Origin: Gemmatimonadales bacterium
Lineage (GTDB): Bacteria > Gemmatimonadota > Gemmatimonadetes > Gemmatimonadales > GWC2-71-9
NCBI GenBank assembly: GCA_037189525.1
Contig: JBBCJC010000005.1
Span: 480,001 to 544,000, forward strand
Reading direction: 5' to 3'
Length of the DNA stretch: 64,000 nt
Shown here: positions 46,873-55,727 of the stretch, one piece after another
Layout of the letters: each line of letters opens with the position of its first letter
Position numbering within the stretch: position 1 is the first letter of the stretch
Notes under the pieces: generated by a model
Databases searched by the model: none
Seen by the model: the letters and a program-made list of their open reading frames with translations, nothing else
Told to the model about the DNA's origin: nothing
Translations under genes and position numbers: made by a program

Positions 46873-49047
46873 ATGCGACATACCATTCCATCTGACACCC
46901 GGGAGCGGTCCGCCGCTCGCTTCGCGTACCTGTGTCCGGCCCTGGCAGCGCTCGTGCTGCTGGCCGCACCCACGCCGCCTGCCGCGGCGCAAGGGGTTCG
47001 CTATCACATTGCTCCGGCCGCGAGCCATATCAAGTGGGCCGACAACTTCGGTCTGGAGGACGTGACGCTGCTCGGCGGCCGCCTGGGCGCCAACTTCGGC
47101 GGGCTGATCGGTCTCGATGCGTACTACCTGCGGAGAGACAACGTCCAAACCATCTTCGGATCGAGCGGGATCACCGCCCCGGGCGGCATTCCCCTCATCG
47201 ACCAGTCGCTCAAGCTGCAGCAGCTGGGCGCCGACCTCCGTGTCAATCTCGGCACCGGAGCGCTCCAGCCGTTCGCAGCTGCCGGCGCCGGCGTGATGCG
47301 CTTCGAACCCGAGACCGGCAGCCGCTTCGATCAGATCGTCGTCAAATACGGTGGCGGCGTACGATTCGACCTCGCGCCGGGCATCAGCGGCCAGGTGCAC
47401 GCCGAGAACATTCGGATGCGCCTCGACCGGTTTGCGATGGCAGCGTCCGGCGGGACACCGTATCCGGCCGACCCCGATGCAGACGAGGTCCGTAACCACC
47501 TTTCCTTCGGTGCGGCGCTGGGCTTTGCCATCGGCGGACGGGGCCAGCCCGAGCGTGAACGGTGGTCGATGGCATCACTGGCCATCGAGCCGTATGTCGC
47601 CCGCCTCGACTTCGACCAGTCCAACTTGGCCACCCAGTGGATGACCGGTGCGCGGGCCGGCATCGACCTGGGGCAATACTTCGGGCTGCGCGGCTACTAC
47701 CTTCGCGGCGTCAACGACGACTTCAACGCCTTCGCACCGATCGAAAGCTACGGCGTCGAAGGCCAGTTCAACTTCAATCGCGGTCGCGGACCGGCTCCCT
47801 TCCTGCTGGCCGGAGCTGGGCGCCTGGACTTCCACGGCGACTACCGGGACCTCAACGACGTTCCGGTCGAGAACCGGAATGCGTTCATCCTGGGCGGCGG
47901 CCTGGGCATCCGCCTGACGGATCAGCTGAGCCTCAACGTCGCGGTCCGCGATTTCATCACGAGCGAGGCCGACTTCGAAGACGTGGCCAGCACGGCCCAG
48001 CTGCGCCACAATGTCATGCTGAGCGCCGGCGTCGGGATTGCCTTTGGACGAGGGCGAACCGAGACCCGCTCACGGGACGATGATCGTTTCGACGACCGGG
48101 ATCGCCGGAGCGATCGGGATCGCGAAGTACGCGACCGCGATGACCGTGATCGGCGTGACGAGCGAGACCGGCGATTCCGCGACGAGCGCCGCAAGCCGGA
48201 CTGCGCTCGGGATGACGAACAGTGCATCCGACGCGAGCGAGAGCGCGCCCGAACCGGTGATGACGGCCATGTGTCGGGCCGCACGGTCACCCTTCCGGTG
48301 CCGCGTGAAGGCGAGCTCTACGTTCGCTACGGTCCGGGCGCCAGCATTCGCCGAGGCGACTCCACGGCGCCGGTGCGCAGCGAAGTGAGCGACAGCTCGC
48401 TGCGCGAAACGATCCGGCAGGAGCTGCGAGCGGCCAGAGTCGACACCGTCGCCGTCCGGGTCGAGAGCGATTCTGCCCGGACCGCCCGGATCGTCCGCGA
48501 AACGATGGAGGCCATCGAGCGTGAGCGCGGCTTGCCGGTACCGAGCCGGGTTGCGCCCCAGGAACCGACGCCGTACGTCGCCCCGGTGGCGTCGGCGCCG
48601 ATCACCATGCGCGACCGGTCGCCGCAGCTCTACACCGGTTTCAACCTCGACACGCCGACACAGCTGGTCATCGGCGGACTGCTCGACCTCACGCCGGGAC
48701 AGAGCAACAGCATCGTCCGGTTCCTGCCCGAACTGGCCTTCGGGTTCGGTGATGGCGGCACCTCGTTCATGGCCGCCGCCAACGTCGGAATCCGGCTGCC
48801 GAGGATCGCCGCCGGCCGCGACGCATCGATTACGCCGCATGCCCGGCTGGGGCTCGGCCTGCTGACCTACGGCGACGCGCCGGAAGGGGTCAGTGGAACC
48901 CAGGGCGTCCTCAACTTTACCTACGGTATCAGCACCGACCTGGTCCGGATCGGCGGTCTGGGTCGCCCGCTGTTCACGATCGAGCATCAGGGACTCGATC
49001 TGTTCGATTCGAATCGTCTCCTCGTCGGCCTGCAATGGCGGCGTTGA
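46873..49047 (+). CDS. Multi-barrel outer membrane protein with Arg/Asp-rich linker
   Basis: GAGGAG RBS, signal peptide, two OmpA-TM-like repeats, RD low-complexity tract, third beta-rich domain. Confidence 0.7.
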   Translation: MRHTIPSDTRERSAARFAYLCPALAALVLLAAPTPPAAAQGVRYHIAPAASHIKWADNFGLEDVTLLGGRLGANFGGLIGLDAYYLRRDNVQTIFGSSGITAPGGIPLIDQSLKLQQLGADLRVNLGTGALQPFAAAGAGVMRFEPETGSRFDQIVVKYGGGVRFDLAPGISGQVHAENIRMRLDRFAMAASGGTPYPADPDADEVRNHLSFGAALGFAIGGRGQPERERWSMASLAIEPYVARLDFDQSNLATQWMTGARAGIDLGQYFGLRGYYLRGVNDDFNAFAPIESYGVEGQFNFNRGRGPAPFLLAGAGRLDFHGDYRDLNDVPVENRNAFILGGGLGIRLTDQLSLNVAVRDFITSEADFEDVASTAQLRHNVMLSAGVGIAFGRGRTETRSRDDDRFDDRDRRSDRDREVRDRDDRDRRDERDRRFRDERRKPDCARDDEQCIRRERERARTGDDGHVSGRTVTLPVPREGELYVRYGPGASIRRGDSTAPVRSEVSDSSLRETIRQELRAARVDTVAVRVESDSARTARIVRETMEAIERERGLPVPSRVAPQEPTPYVAPVASAPITMRDRSPQLYTGFNLDTPTQLVIGGLLDLTPGQSNSIVRFLPELAFGFGDGGTSFMAAANVGIRLPRIAAGRDASITPHARLGLGLLTYGDAPEGVSGTQGVLNFTYGISTDLVRIGGLGRPLFTIEHQGLDLFDSNRLLVGLQWRR

Positions 49048-49191
49048 GCCGGTAACCGGCAGACCGGCGATCTCGCCGGCCCTTCTCCCCCCGAGGCTGC
49101 CTTCCACGGCGCCCTCGGGGGGTTCTGCTACCGGCTGGTCTTGGACACCCGATAGGCTAGATTGCATGGCACCGCCTCGGAGTACGGATCC

Positions 49192-50382
49192 ATGCGCTTG
49201 CTGGCCGTCACCGCTGTGAGTCTGCTCGCCTCAGCCGCCGCTCCCCAGCTGGCAGCGCAGCAGGAAAGTGCTGTGGAGCGCGCCGCCCGGCAGTCGCGGG
49301 AAGCCGAGGCGCGCGGCCTGGCCGAGCCGTTCAAAGGCATCACCACCGACGGCACACCCCTTACCGGCCTCTTTCCGATTCGTTCGACCGGCGTCTCCAC
49401 CGCACCAGCGGTAGAGGCCGCACGCGCCTTCCTCAAATCGCTGACGCCGATCCAGCAGGCCAAAACGCTGTTTGCCGACGACGATCCCGAATGGCGCAAA
49501 TGGATGAACCAGCACTTTTACGTGCGCCAGGGTATCGGCTTCAAGGAAATGAGCGATGCGCAGCGCGATGCCGCCTTTGCCATGCTCGGCGCCGCGCTGA
49601 GCGCCAAGGGCCTGCGCCTGAGCCGCGACATCATGCGGCTCAACCATACCCTGGCGGAACTGACCGGAAACTTCGACGAGTACGGCGAATGGCTCTACTG
49701 GATTACGATCATGGGCGAGCCGTCGGAGACCGAGCCGTGGGGCTGGCAGCTCGACGGGCACCACCTGATTATCAACTACTTCGTGCTGGGCGATCAGGTG
49801 GTCATGACCCCGATGTTCGTCGGCTCGGAACCGGTTACGGCCACGTCGGGCAAGTATCAGGGCGTTTCCATCCTGCAGCAGGAGCAAAACGACGGCCTGG
49901 CCCTGGTCAACGCCCTGATGCCCGGCCAGCGGAAAGCGGCGATTCTCGATAGCGCCAAAGCCGGGGTCAACTCCCTGACCGAGGCATTCCGGGACAACGT
50001 CGTGCTGGACTATGCCGGCGTTTCCGCGCGCTCCTTCTCGCCCAGCCAGCGTCGGCAGTTACTCGACCTGATCGGCCTCTTCGTCGGCAACATGCGGGAA
50101 GGCCACGCCAAGGTACGCATGGCGGAGGTCGAAGCGCACCTCGATCGAACCCATTTCGCGTGGATCGGTAAAACGGAACTCGATGCCGTGTTCTACTACC
50201 GGATCCACAGCCCCGTCATTCTGATCGAGTTCGACCATCAACGCCCCATCGCACTCCGCCGGCTCTATGGTACGGGGCCGACCCCACAACACATTCACGC
50301 CGTCGTCCGAACTCCGAACGGTAACGACTACGGGAAAGACCTGCTGCGCGAACATCATCGCCGGCACAAACATCCACACTGA
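49192..50382 (+). CDS. DUF3500 domain protein
   Basis: [43 protein letters not shown]. Confidence 0.88.
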   Translation: MRLLAVTAVSLLASAAAPQLAAQQESAVERAARQSREAEARGLAEPFKGITTDGTPLTGLFPIRSTGVSTAPAVEAARAFLKSLTPIQQAKTLFADDDPEWRKWMNQHFYVRQGIGFKEMSDAQRDAAFAMLGAALSAKGLRLSRDIMRLNHTLAELTGNFDEYGEWLYWITIMGEPSETEPWGWQLDGHHLIINYFVLGDQVVMTPMFVGSEPVTATSGKYQGVSILQQEQNDGLALVNALMPGQRKAAILDSAKAGVNSLTEAFRDNVVLDYAGVSARSFSPSQRRQLLDLIGLFVGNMREGHAKVRMAEVEAHLDRTHFAWIGKTELDAVFYYRIHSPVILIEFDHQRPIALRRLYGTGPTPQHIHAVVRTPNGNDYGKDLLREHHRRHKHPH

Positions 50383-50416
50383 ATTCCATGCTCTACTTTC
50401 ACCTCCGGGAGCCGTC

Positions 50417-51829
50417 ATGACGACCGAAGTCAGTCTTCTCGCGCAGGTCGACGCCATGTTCGACCAGGCCGCGGCCCTGACACCGCACGATCCGACTTTG
50501 CTCGCGCATATCAAGGCATGCAATGCCGTCTATCAGATGACCTTTCCGATCCGCCGCGACGACGGCACGATCGAAGTGATCCATGCCTGGCGCGCAGAGC
50601 ACAGCCATCACCGGATGCCGACCAAGGGCGGCATTCGGTACTCGATGGCGGTGACGGCCGATGAAGTGATGGCGCTGGCTTCGCTGATGACGTTCAAGTG
50701 CGCGCTGCTGGACGTGCCCTTCGGCGGCGCCAAGGGCGGTATTCGGATTGCGCGCCACAAATATTCCGACGCCGAACTCGAGCGGATTACCCGCCGCTAC
50801 ACCTTCGAGCTCTGGCGCAAGAACTTCATCGGACCCGGCGTCGATGTCCCGGCGCCAGACTACGGCACCAGTTCCCGCGAAATGGCCTGGATTGCCGACA
50901 CCTACCGCAGCCTGAGCAACGACCTCAACGCGATGGCCTGCGTGACCGCCAAGCCGGTTTCGCAAGGCGGTATTCGCGGCCGGAACGAAGCGACCGGCCG
51001 AGGCGTGATGTTTGGCCTCCGGGAAGCCTGTAACGTCGCCGAGGATATGAAGAAACTTGGCTTGGGCCCCGGCCTGGCCGGAAAACGAATCGTGATTCAG
51101 GGACTCGGCAACGTCGGGTATCACGCCGCCAAGCTGCTCCAGGAGCAGGGCGCCGTCCTGGTCGGCCTGGCGGAGTATGAGGGCGCCATCAGCAATCCCA
51201 AAGGGCTGGACGTCGACCGGGTCATGGAGCACCGGAAAAACACCAAATCGATCCTCGGATTTCCGGGAGCCCAGGATATCCCGCAGTCGGCAGCTGCGCT
51301 CGAACTCGAGTGCGACATCCTCGTCCCCGCCGCGCTCGAAAACGTGATCACCGCCGAGAATGCGCCCCGCATCAAGGCCAAGATCATCGGCGAAGCGGCC
51401 AACGGGCCGACCACGGCCGAAGCTGACGGCATCCTCAAGAGCCGGGGCGTCTACATCATTCCCGACTTTTACCTCAACGCAGGCGGGGTGACCGTCTCGT
51501 ACTTCGAATGGCTCAAGAACCTCTCGCACGTCCGCTTCGGCCGGATGCAGCGGCGATTCGAAGAACAATCCAACCTTGGCATCCTGAACCTGGTGCAGCA
51601 GAGCACCGGACGCAGCATCGACGCGGCCGAGTTGAGCCGCATTGCTCATGGCGCGAGCGAAGAAGATCTGGTCAACTCCGGCCTCGAAGACTCCATGGCC
51701 GTTGCCTACCACCAGATTCGCGATATCCTGATCCGGCCCAAGGGCCCGACCGATCTCCGAACCGCGGCGTTCATTTCCGCGATCGACAAGATCGCCGTGA
51801 GCTATCAGGAGCTGGGCCTGTTCCCGTAA
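50417..51829 (+). CDS. Glutamate dehydrogenase (Glu/Leu/Phe/Val family)
   Basis: PTKGGIRY, VPFGGAKGG, DVPAPD, QGLGNVG, EAANGP, LNAGGVTVSYFEW. Confidence 0.95.
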   Translation: MTTEVSLLAQVDAMFDQAAALTPHDPTLLAHIKACNAVYQMTFPIRRDDGTIEVIHAWRAEHSHHRMPTKGGIRYSMAVTADEVMALASLMTFKCALLDVPFGGAKGGIRIARHKYSDAELERITRRYTFELWRKNFIGPGVDVPAPDYGTSSREMAWIADTYRSLSNDLNAMACVTAKPVSQGGIRGRNEATGRGVMFGLREACNVAEDMKKLGLGPGLAGKRIVIQGLGNVGYHAAKLLQEQGAVLVGLAEYEGAISNPKGLDVDRVMEHRKNTKSILGFPGAQDIPQSAAALELECDILVPAALENVITAENAPRIKAKIIGEAANGPTTAEADGILKSRGVYIIPDFYLNAGGVTVSYFEWLKNLSHVRFGRMQRRFEEQSNLGILNLVQQSTGRSIDAAELSRIAHGASEEDLVNSGLEDSMAVAYHQIRDILIRPKGPTDLRTAAFISAIDKIAVSYQELGLFP

Positions 51830-51846
51830 GCGAAGGCGGATGAACG

Positions 51847-51885
51847 AAGCGGCCCGTGCGACCGGCAAGGTCACACGGGCCGCTT
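51847..51885. terminator. Hairpin between convergent gdh and tRNA-Cys
   Basis: AAGCGGCCCGTG / CACGGGCCGCTT stem with short T runs on both strands. Confidence 0.6.
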
Positions 51886-51903
51886 TGCCTTTGGACAGAA
51901 AAG

Positions 51904-51974
51904 AGGCGCCGACCGGAATCGAACCGGTGATTAGGGTTTTGCAGACCCTTGCCTTGCCACTTGGCCACGGCGCC
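51904..51974 (-). tRNA. tRNA-Cys (GCA), CCA not encoded
   Basis: GGCGCCG acceptor, AGGGT-CTGCAAA-ACCCT anticodon arm, GGTTCGATTCC T-loop, U73 discriminator. Confidence 0.97.
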
Positions 51975-51978
51975 CGGA

Positions 51979-53205
51979 CTATCGGTCGAGCAGTTCCTCG
52001 ACGATCGCGATGTATTCCCGCACCAGCGCATCGTGGTACGGCCCGCTGGCCTTGGCCGCGAAGCCGCTGCGCACGGCGTGTACCCGCCCTTCCCGATCGA
52101 GGAAGAACGTCGCGGGCCAGGTATTCAGGTTGACGGCCTGCGGCAGCTTGGCAGCCACGTCGCTCGGCTCTCCCGCCACCAGGTACGGATACTCGATTCC
52201 GTACTTCGCGACGAAGGCGCGCAACCGGCCGAGATCCTCCAGCTGTTCCGCCTCTTCGAAATCGAGCGCCACCACTTCCAGTCCCCGATCCCGATAGCGG
52301 CGGTACAGGTCCGCCAGGAACGGCGCCTCGTCGTGGCAATTGGGGCACCAGCTGCCTGTCACGTTGACTACGACCACCTTCCCGGCAAACCGCGCGTCCC
52401 GCTCGGTTACCAGACGCCCGTCGAGATCGGGAAAGGCAAACCGGAACGGCTCAGCCGAGTCGCGAACCCGGGTGTGAGTCGCGGCATCGGCCGGCTCGGG
52501 CAAGCCCCGCGCCCGGGCCAGATCGGGACGAAGCGCCTCGAAGATCCGAGGTGCTCCGCGGGGCGAATGCAGGGTGAGCCGGAGCGTTCCATCCGCCTGC
52601 GGATCGACCTCCAGCCGCGCCGGCCGAGTCCCCGCGAAATGACTGAGCTCGAATCGGGTGCCCGTCCAGGTGCCGGTCAGGGCGCCTGCATCGCCATCGA
52701 CCCGAAGGATGGTGGCCGACACCGCCACTCCCTGCTGCCGGACCACGAACCGCCAGGCGCGCTCGCCCTTGGCGGTTTCGGCCGGCAGGTACCACTCACC
52801 ATCGATGTTGGGCGCCGGGACGGCAGATCGCGCGGTTGCCGTTCCGACCGGCGCGGCCTCGACCGGATGGAATCCGCGCCGTTCGTTGCCATAGCGGCCC
52901 CGGAAGGCCCCGTCCGAGAGCACCCCTTCGAACCTCGTCGCAAGGTGCGCAAATTCGACCACCACGGAATCGCCCTGTCGGCGCACGGCGGTCGAGGTCA
53001 CCGGCACGTCGCCGTTGTAGAGCCGGACCAGCCGGCGCCCGGACTCCGAAGCCCACTCGAGCGGAAAGTCGATGGCGAGCGAGTCATACCGAATCGTTCC
53101 GGTCCAGCGGCCCTGCGGCTCCTGCGCTTCGAGCAAAGCCCCGCCACCCGCCGCGAATCCGAGGACGAGGGCAGACCATGTGGCGCGTTTGAACGTCGCT
53201 GACAT
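51979..53205 (-). CDS. TlpA-family thiol-disulfide oxidoreductase with N-terminal extension
   Basis: GSWCPNCHDE, WPATFFLDREG; signal peptide; ATG overlaps the upstream stop. Confidence 0.9.
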   Translation of the reverse strand: MSATFKRATWSALVLGFAAGGGALLEAQEPQGRWTGTIRYDSLAIDFPLEWASESGRRLVRLYNGDVPVTSTAVRRQGDSVVVEFAHLATRFEGVLSDGAFRGRYGNERRGFHPVEAAPVGTATARSAVPAPNIDGEWYLPAETAKGERAWRFVVRQQGVAVSATILRVDGDAGALTGTWTGTRFELSHFAGTRPARLEVDPQADGTLRLTLHSPRGAPRIFEALRPDLARARGLPEPADAATHTRVRDSAEPFRFAFPDLDGRLVTERDARFAGKVVVVNVTGSWCPNCHDEAPFLADLYRRYRDRGLEVVALDFEEAEQLEDLGRLRAFVAKYGIEYPYLVAGEPSDVAAKLPQAVNLNTWPATFFLDREGRVHAVRSGFAAKASGPYHDALVREYIAIVEELLDR

Positions 53206-53678
53206 CAGCGGCCTCCCGGCAGCTGCGCAACGAGCGTAGCCGTCCGCGGTGGCAGGCAGGTGGTCTCGGTGCAGGCCTGATAACGAACTTTGAGCGCGGC
53301 ACCGGCCACAGGCGCCGGCGAGCCGACCCGAACCGGCACCACGAATCGCGGCCGTCCGTCGTAGACCTCGACCGGAATCCCGAACGCCGACGTTTCCTGA
53401 ACGATCGGCGCCGGGCCGGTGACCGCTCCGGCCAGGGAAACCGACTCGGCACCGGGCGCGATTCGCAGTGGAAACGGCCCGCCAGACGTTTGTGTCAGCG
53501 AATACACTTTCCACCCGGGGTCGATCGAGGCCGTCACCGCCAGGGTGACCACCTCGGCATCACCACCACGGGTGGGTACCACGGCTACCGACCAGCGAAC
53601 CGGATCGGGACCCTGGGCCACGACACCCGACACCACGACCGCGGATAGCCAGACAACCAGCTTCAGTGTGACCTGCAT
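53205..53678 (-). CDS. Stand-alone DsbD N-terminal-domain protein
   Basis: IDPGWKVYS, YQACTETTCLPP; signal peptide; GAGG RBS. Confidence 0.85.
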   Translation of the reverse strand: MQVTLKLVVWLSAVVVSGVVAQGPDPVRWSVAVVPTRGGDAEVVTLAVTASIDPGWKVYSLTQTSGGPFPLRIAPGAESVSLAGAVTGPAPIVQETSAFGIPVEVYDGRPRFVVPVRVGSPAPVAGAALKVRYQACTETTCLPPRTATLVAQLPGGR

Positions 53679-53741
53679 TTCGTCTCTTTCCTCACCCCGA
53701 GTACCGACGTCCGTTCGAGACTGCGTATTCGGGTAGGCCAC

Positions 53742-53775
53742 AACGAAAACGGCCCACCCGTGAACGGGTGGGCCG
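53742..53775 (-). terminator. Intrinsic terminator in the leader of the dsbD-N/tlpA/tRNA-Cys unit (attenuator)
   Basis: CGGCCCACCCG-ttca-CGGGTGGGCCG-TTTTCGTT. No long gene upstream on this strand (the neighbour is divergent). Confidence 0.82.
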
Positions 53776-53819
53776 GAAGCGTTTGACTGCGCGCCGCCGT
53801 GGCGCAATCGACTGTCGTA

Positions 53820-53891
53820 CTATAGCCGCGCGCCGCCCCACCCGTTTCCGAGGGGACAACAACAGACAGCCTGAGCGCGGACCAGCGACAT
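53820..53891 (-). CDS. Polycysteine attenuation leader peptide MSLVRAQAVCCCPLGNGWGGARL (alternative in-frame ATG at 53942)
   Basis: TGT-TGT-TGT run, GGAG RBS; contains AACGGGTGGG, complementary to the terminator 5' arm. Confidence 0.78.
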   Translation of the reverse strand: MSLVRAQAVCCCPLGNGWGGARL

Positions 53892-54072
53892 GGATGATGC
53901 TCCGAACGTAAATGAACTCACGTCGGACAATAATCGGGACATGACGAACTTGTAAAGTGCGCCCCGGACACCCCGCCGTGACGGACAACACCTCGCGGAG
54001 AATCGGGTCGCGACGATAACTTGATGGATCCAACCGCCCCATCACTCCACATCACCTCTGCGAGCCGCGACG

Positions 54073-55590
54073 ATGCGACGATCGTTTGGCCTGATCCTCC
54101 TTGCTCTGACGCCGACCCTGATCGGCGCCCAATCCACCCCGCGCCCCGACCGCTGGCAACCCGTGCGCGATGCCGCCAACCGGCTCATCGTCGAGCGTGG
54201 TGTAGCGGCGGTTGCCGTCGCCGTTGCCAAAGACGGAAAAATCATCTGGGAAGAAGGCTTCGGCTGGGCCAACCGCGAAAAACTCATCCCGGCCAACGAG
54301 CACACCATGTTCTCGCTGGCCTCGATTTCCAAACCGATCACCGCCACCGGCCTGATGCTGCTGGTCGACCGTGGCCAGGTCGTCCTCGACCGGCCTGCCA
54401 ACGACTACCTCGGTTTCGGCAAGCTGACCGGTCTGGCCGGTGATGCGTCGGGGGCCACCGTCCGGCGGGTCCTGTCCCACACCGCGGGGCTGCCGCTCCA
54501 CTATCAGTTCTTCTACGAGAATGAACCTACCCGACGCCGGCCCTCGATGGATGAGACGGTCGGCCGCTACGGGATCCTGGTCTCCGCACCTGGCGAGACC
54601 TTCCAATACTCGAATCTCGGCTACGGCATCCTCGACGACATCATCAGCCGCGTGTCCGGCCGTTCCTACGCCGACTTCATGCGCACCGAGGTCTTCCTCC
54701 CCCTCGGCCTGACCCGGACCTCGATCGACATCGCCCCGGGCCTCGAACCGTATGTCGCCGAGCGGTACTGGAAGGGCAAGCCGGTGCCGTTCTATACTTT
54801 CGACCACCCGGGCGGATCGGCCGTCTATTCGAGCGCGCACGACCTGGTCCGGTTCGGCATGTTCCACCTCAAGAACAAGCTGCCCGAACAGCGCGCCATT
54901 CTCCCGGAGACCAGAATCGACGAGATGCAGAAGCCGGAAACGCCGGCGTTCGGCTCGCACTACAGTCTGGGATGGGTGGTCGGTCGTGATCGCGGGCATC
55001 GTCTGGTGCAGCACAGCGGAGGCATGCCGGGAGTCAGTACCATCCTCTACCTCTACCCGGACGCCAACGCGGCCATCGTGGTGCTGACCAACGCCTCGGC
55101 CGCCCCGTTCGACCAGGTCCTCGACGAAGCGGCTGCGGTCATCCTGCCCGGCTACGCCGATTCGCTCAAAGCCGAACGCGCCAAACCTCGGCCGACGCCA
55201 GCTCCGGAAGCGTTTACGCCCCCGGCCGAACTGGTCGGCACCTGGACCGGCACCCTGCGCACCTGGACCAAGACACTGCCGTTCGAACTCGAGATTCGCT
55301 CGACCGGAGAAATGCAGGCGCAGATCGGAGAGGCGATGCGCCCCGGCGACGACCCGTTGCTCGGCAGACAACTCCGTGCGCTGGTCAACCTGCCAAGCTA
55401 TCGCGACGGCGTGCTGAGCGGTCGCTTTGCCGGAACCATCCCGACCCCGGACGTCGACTGGGTGGCCCATACCGTCGCCTTCGATCTGCGCCTCGTCAAC
55501 GGCGTGTTGCGCGGTCAGGCCAGCGCCCAGACCGGTATCGACCCCCTCTTCTTTTCGGTTGCTTCGTATCTGGAGCTGCGCAAGCGATAG
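54073..55590 (+). CDS. Serine hydrolase, AmpC / beta-lactamase-related family
   Basis: ASISK, LSHTAGL, YSNLGY, HSGG; signal peptide. Confidence 0.9.
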   Translation: MRRSFGLILLALTPTLIGAQSTPRPDRWQPVRDAANRLIVERGVAAVAVAVAKDGKIIWEEGFGWANREKLIPANEHTMFSLASISKPITATGLMLLVDRGQVVLDRPANDYLGFGKLTGLAGDASGATVRRVLSHTAGLPLHYQFFYENEPTRRRPSMDETVGRYGILVSAPGETFQYSNLGYGILDDIISRVSGRSYADFMRTEVFLPLGLTRTSIDIAPGLEPYVAERYWKGKPVPFYTFDHPGGSAVYSSAHDLVRFGMFHLKNKLPEQRAILPETRIDEMQKPETPAFGSHYSLGWVVGRDRGHRLVQHSGGMPGVSTILYLYPDANAAIVVLTNASAAPFDQVLDEAAAVILPGYADSLKAERAKPRPTPAPEAFTPPAELVGTWTGTLRTWTKTLPFELEIRSTGEMQAQIGEAMRPGDDPLLGRQLRALVNLPSYRDGVLSGRFAGTIPTPDVDWVAHTVAFDLRLVNGVLRGQASAQTGIDPLFFSVASYLELRKR

Positions 55591-55663
55591 CGCAGATCAT
55601 ACCTGGTCGGCAGGCGGCAAAAGATCATTCCGCCTGCCAATCGGGGCGCCGGACCTTCTCCCC

Positions 55664-55708
55664 AAAAAGAAGTCGCCCGCCGAACCGGATACAGGTTCGG
55701 CGGGCGAC
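55664..55708 (-). terminator. Intrinsic terminator after the LVIVD gene
   Basis: 15-bp stem GTCGCCCGCCGAACC / GGTTCGGCGGGCGAC then TTCTTTTT on the minus strand. Confidence 0.8.
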
Positions 55709-55727
55709 AGAGACAGAATCGCTCAGG

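Noticed and set aside
48070..48250. Repetitive GAC/CGC/GAT tract as a CRISPR array or tandem DNA repeat
   Set aside because: No fixed repeat-spacer unit; it encodes the Arg/Asp low-complexity linker.
51904..51974. tRNA as the integration site of a genomic island
   Set aside because: No integrase, no duplicated tRNA 3' end noticed, and no obvious compositional shift.
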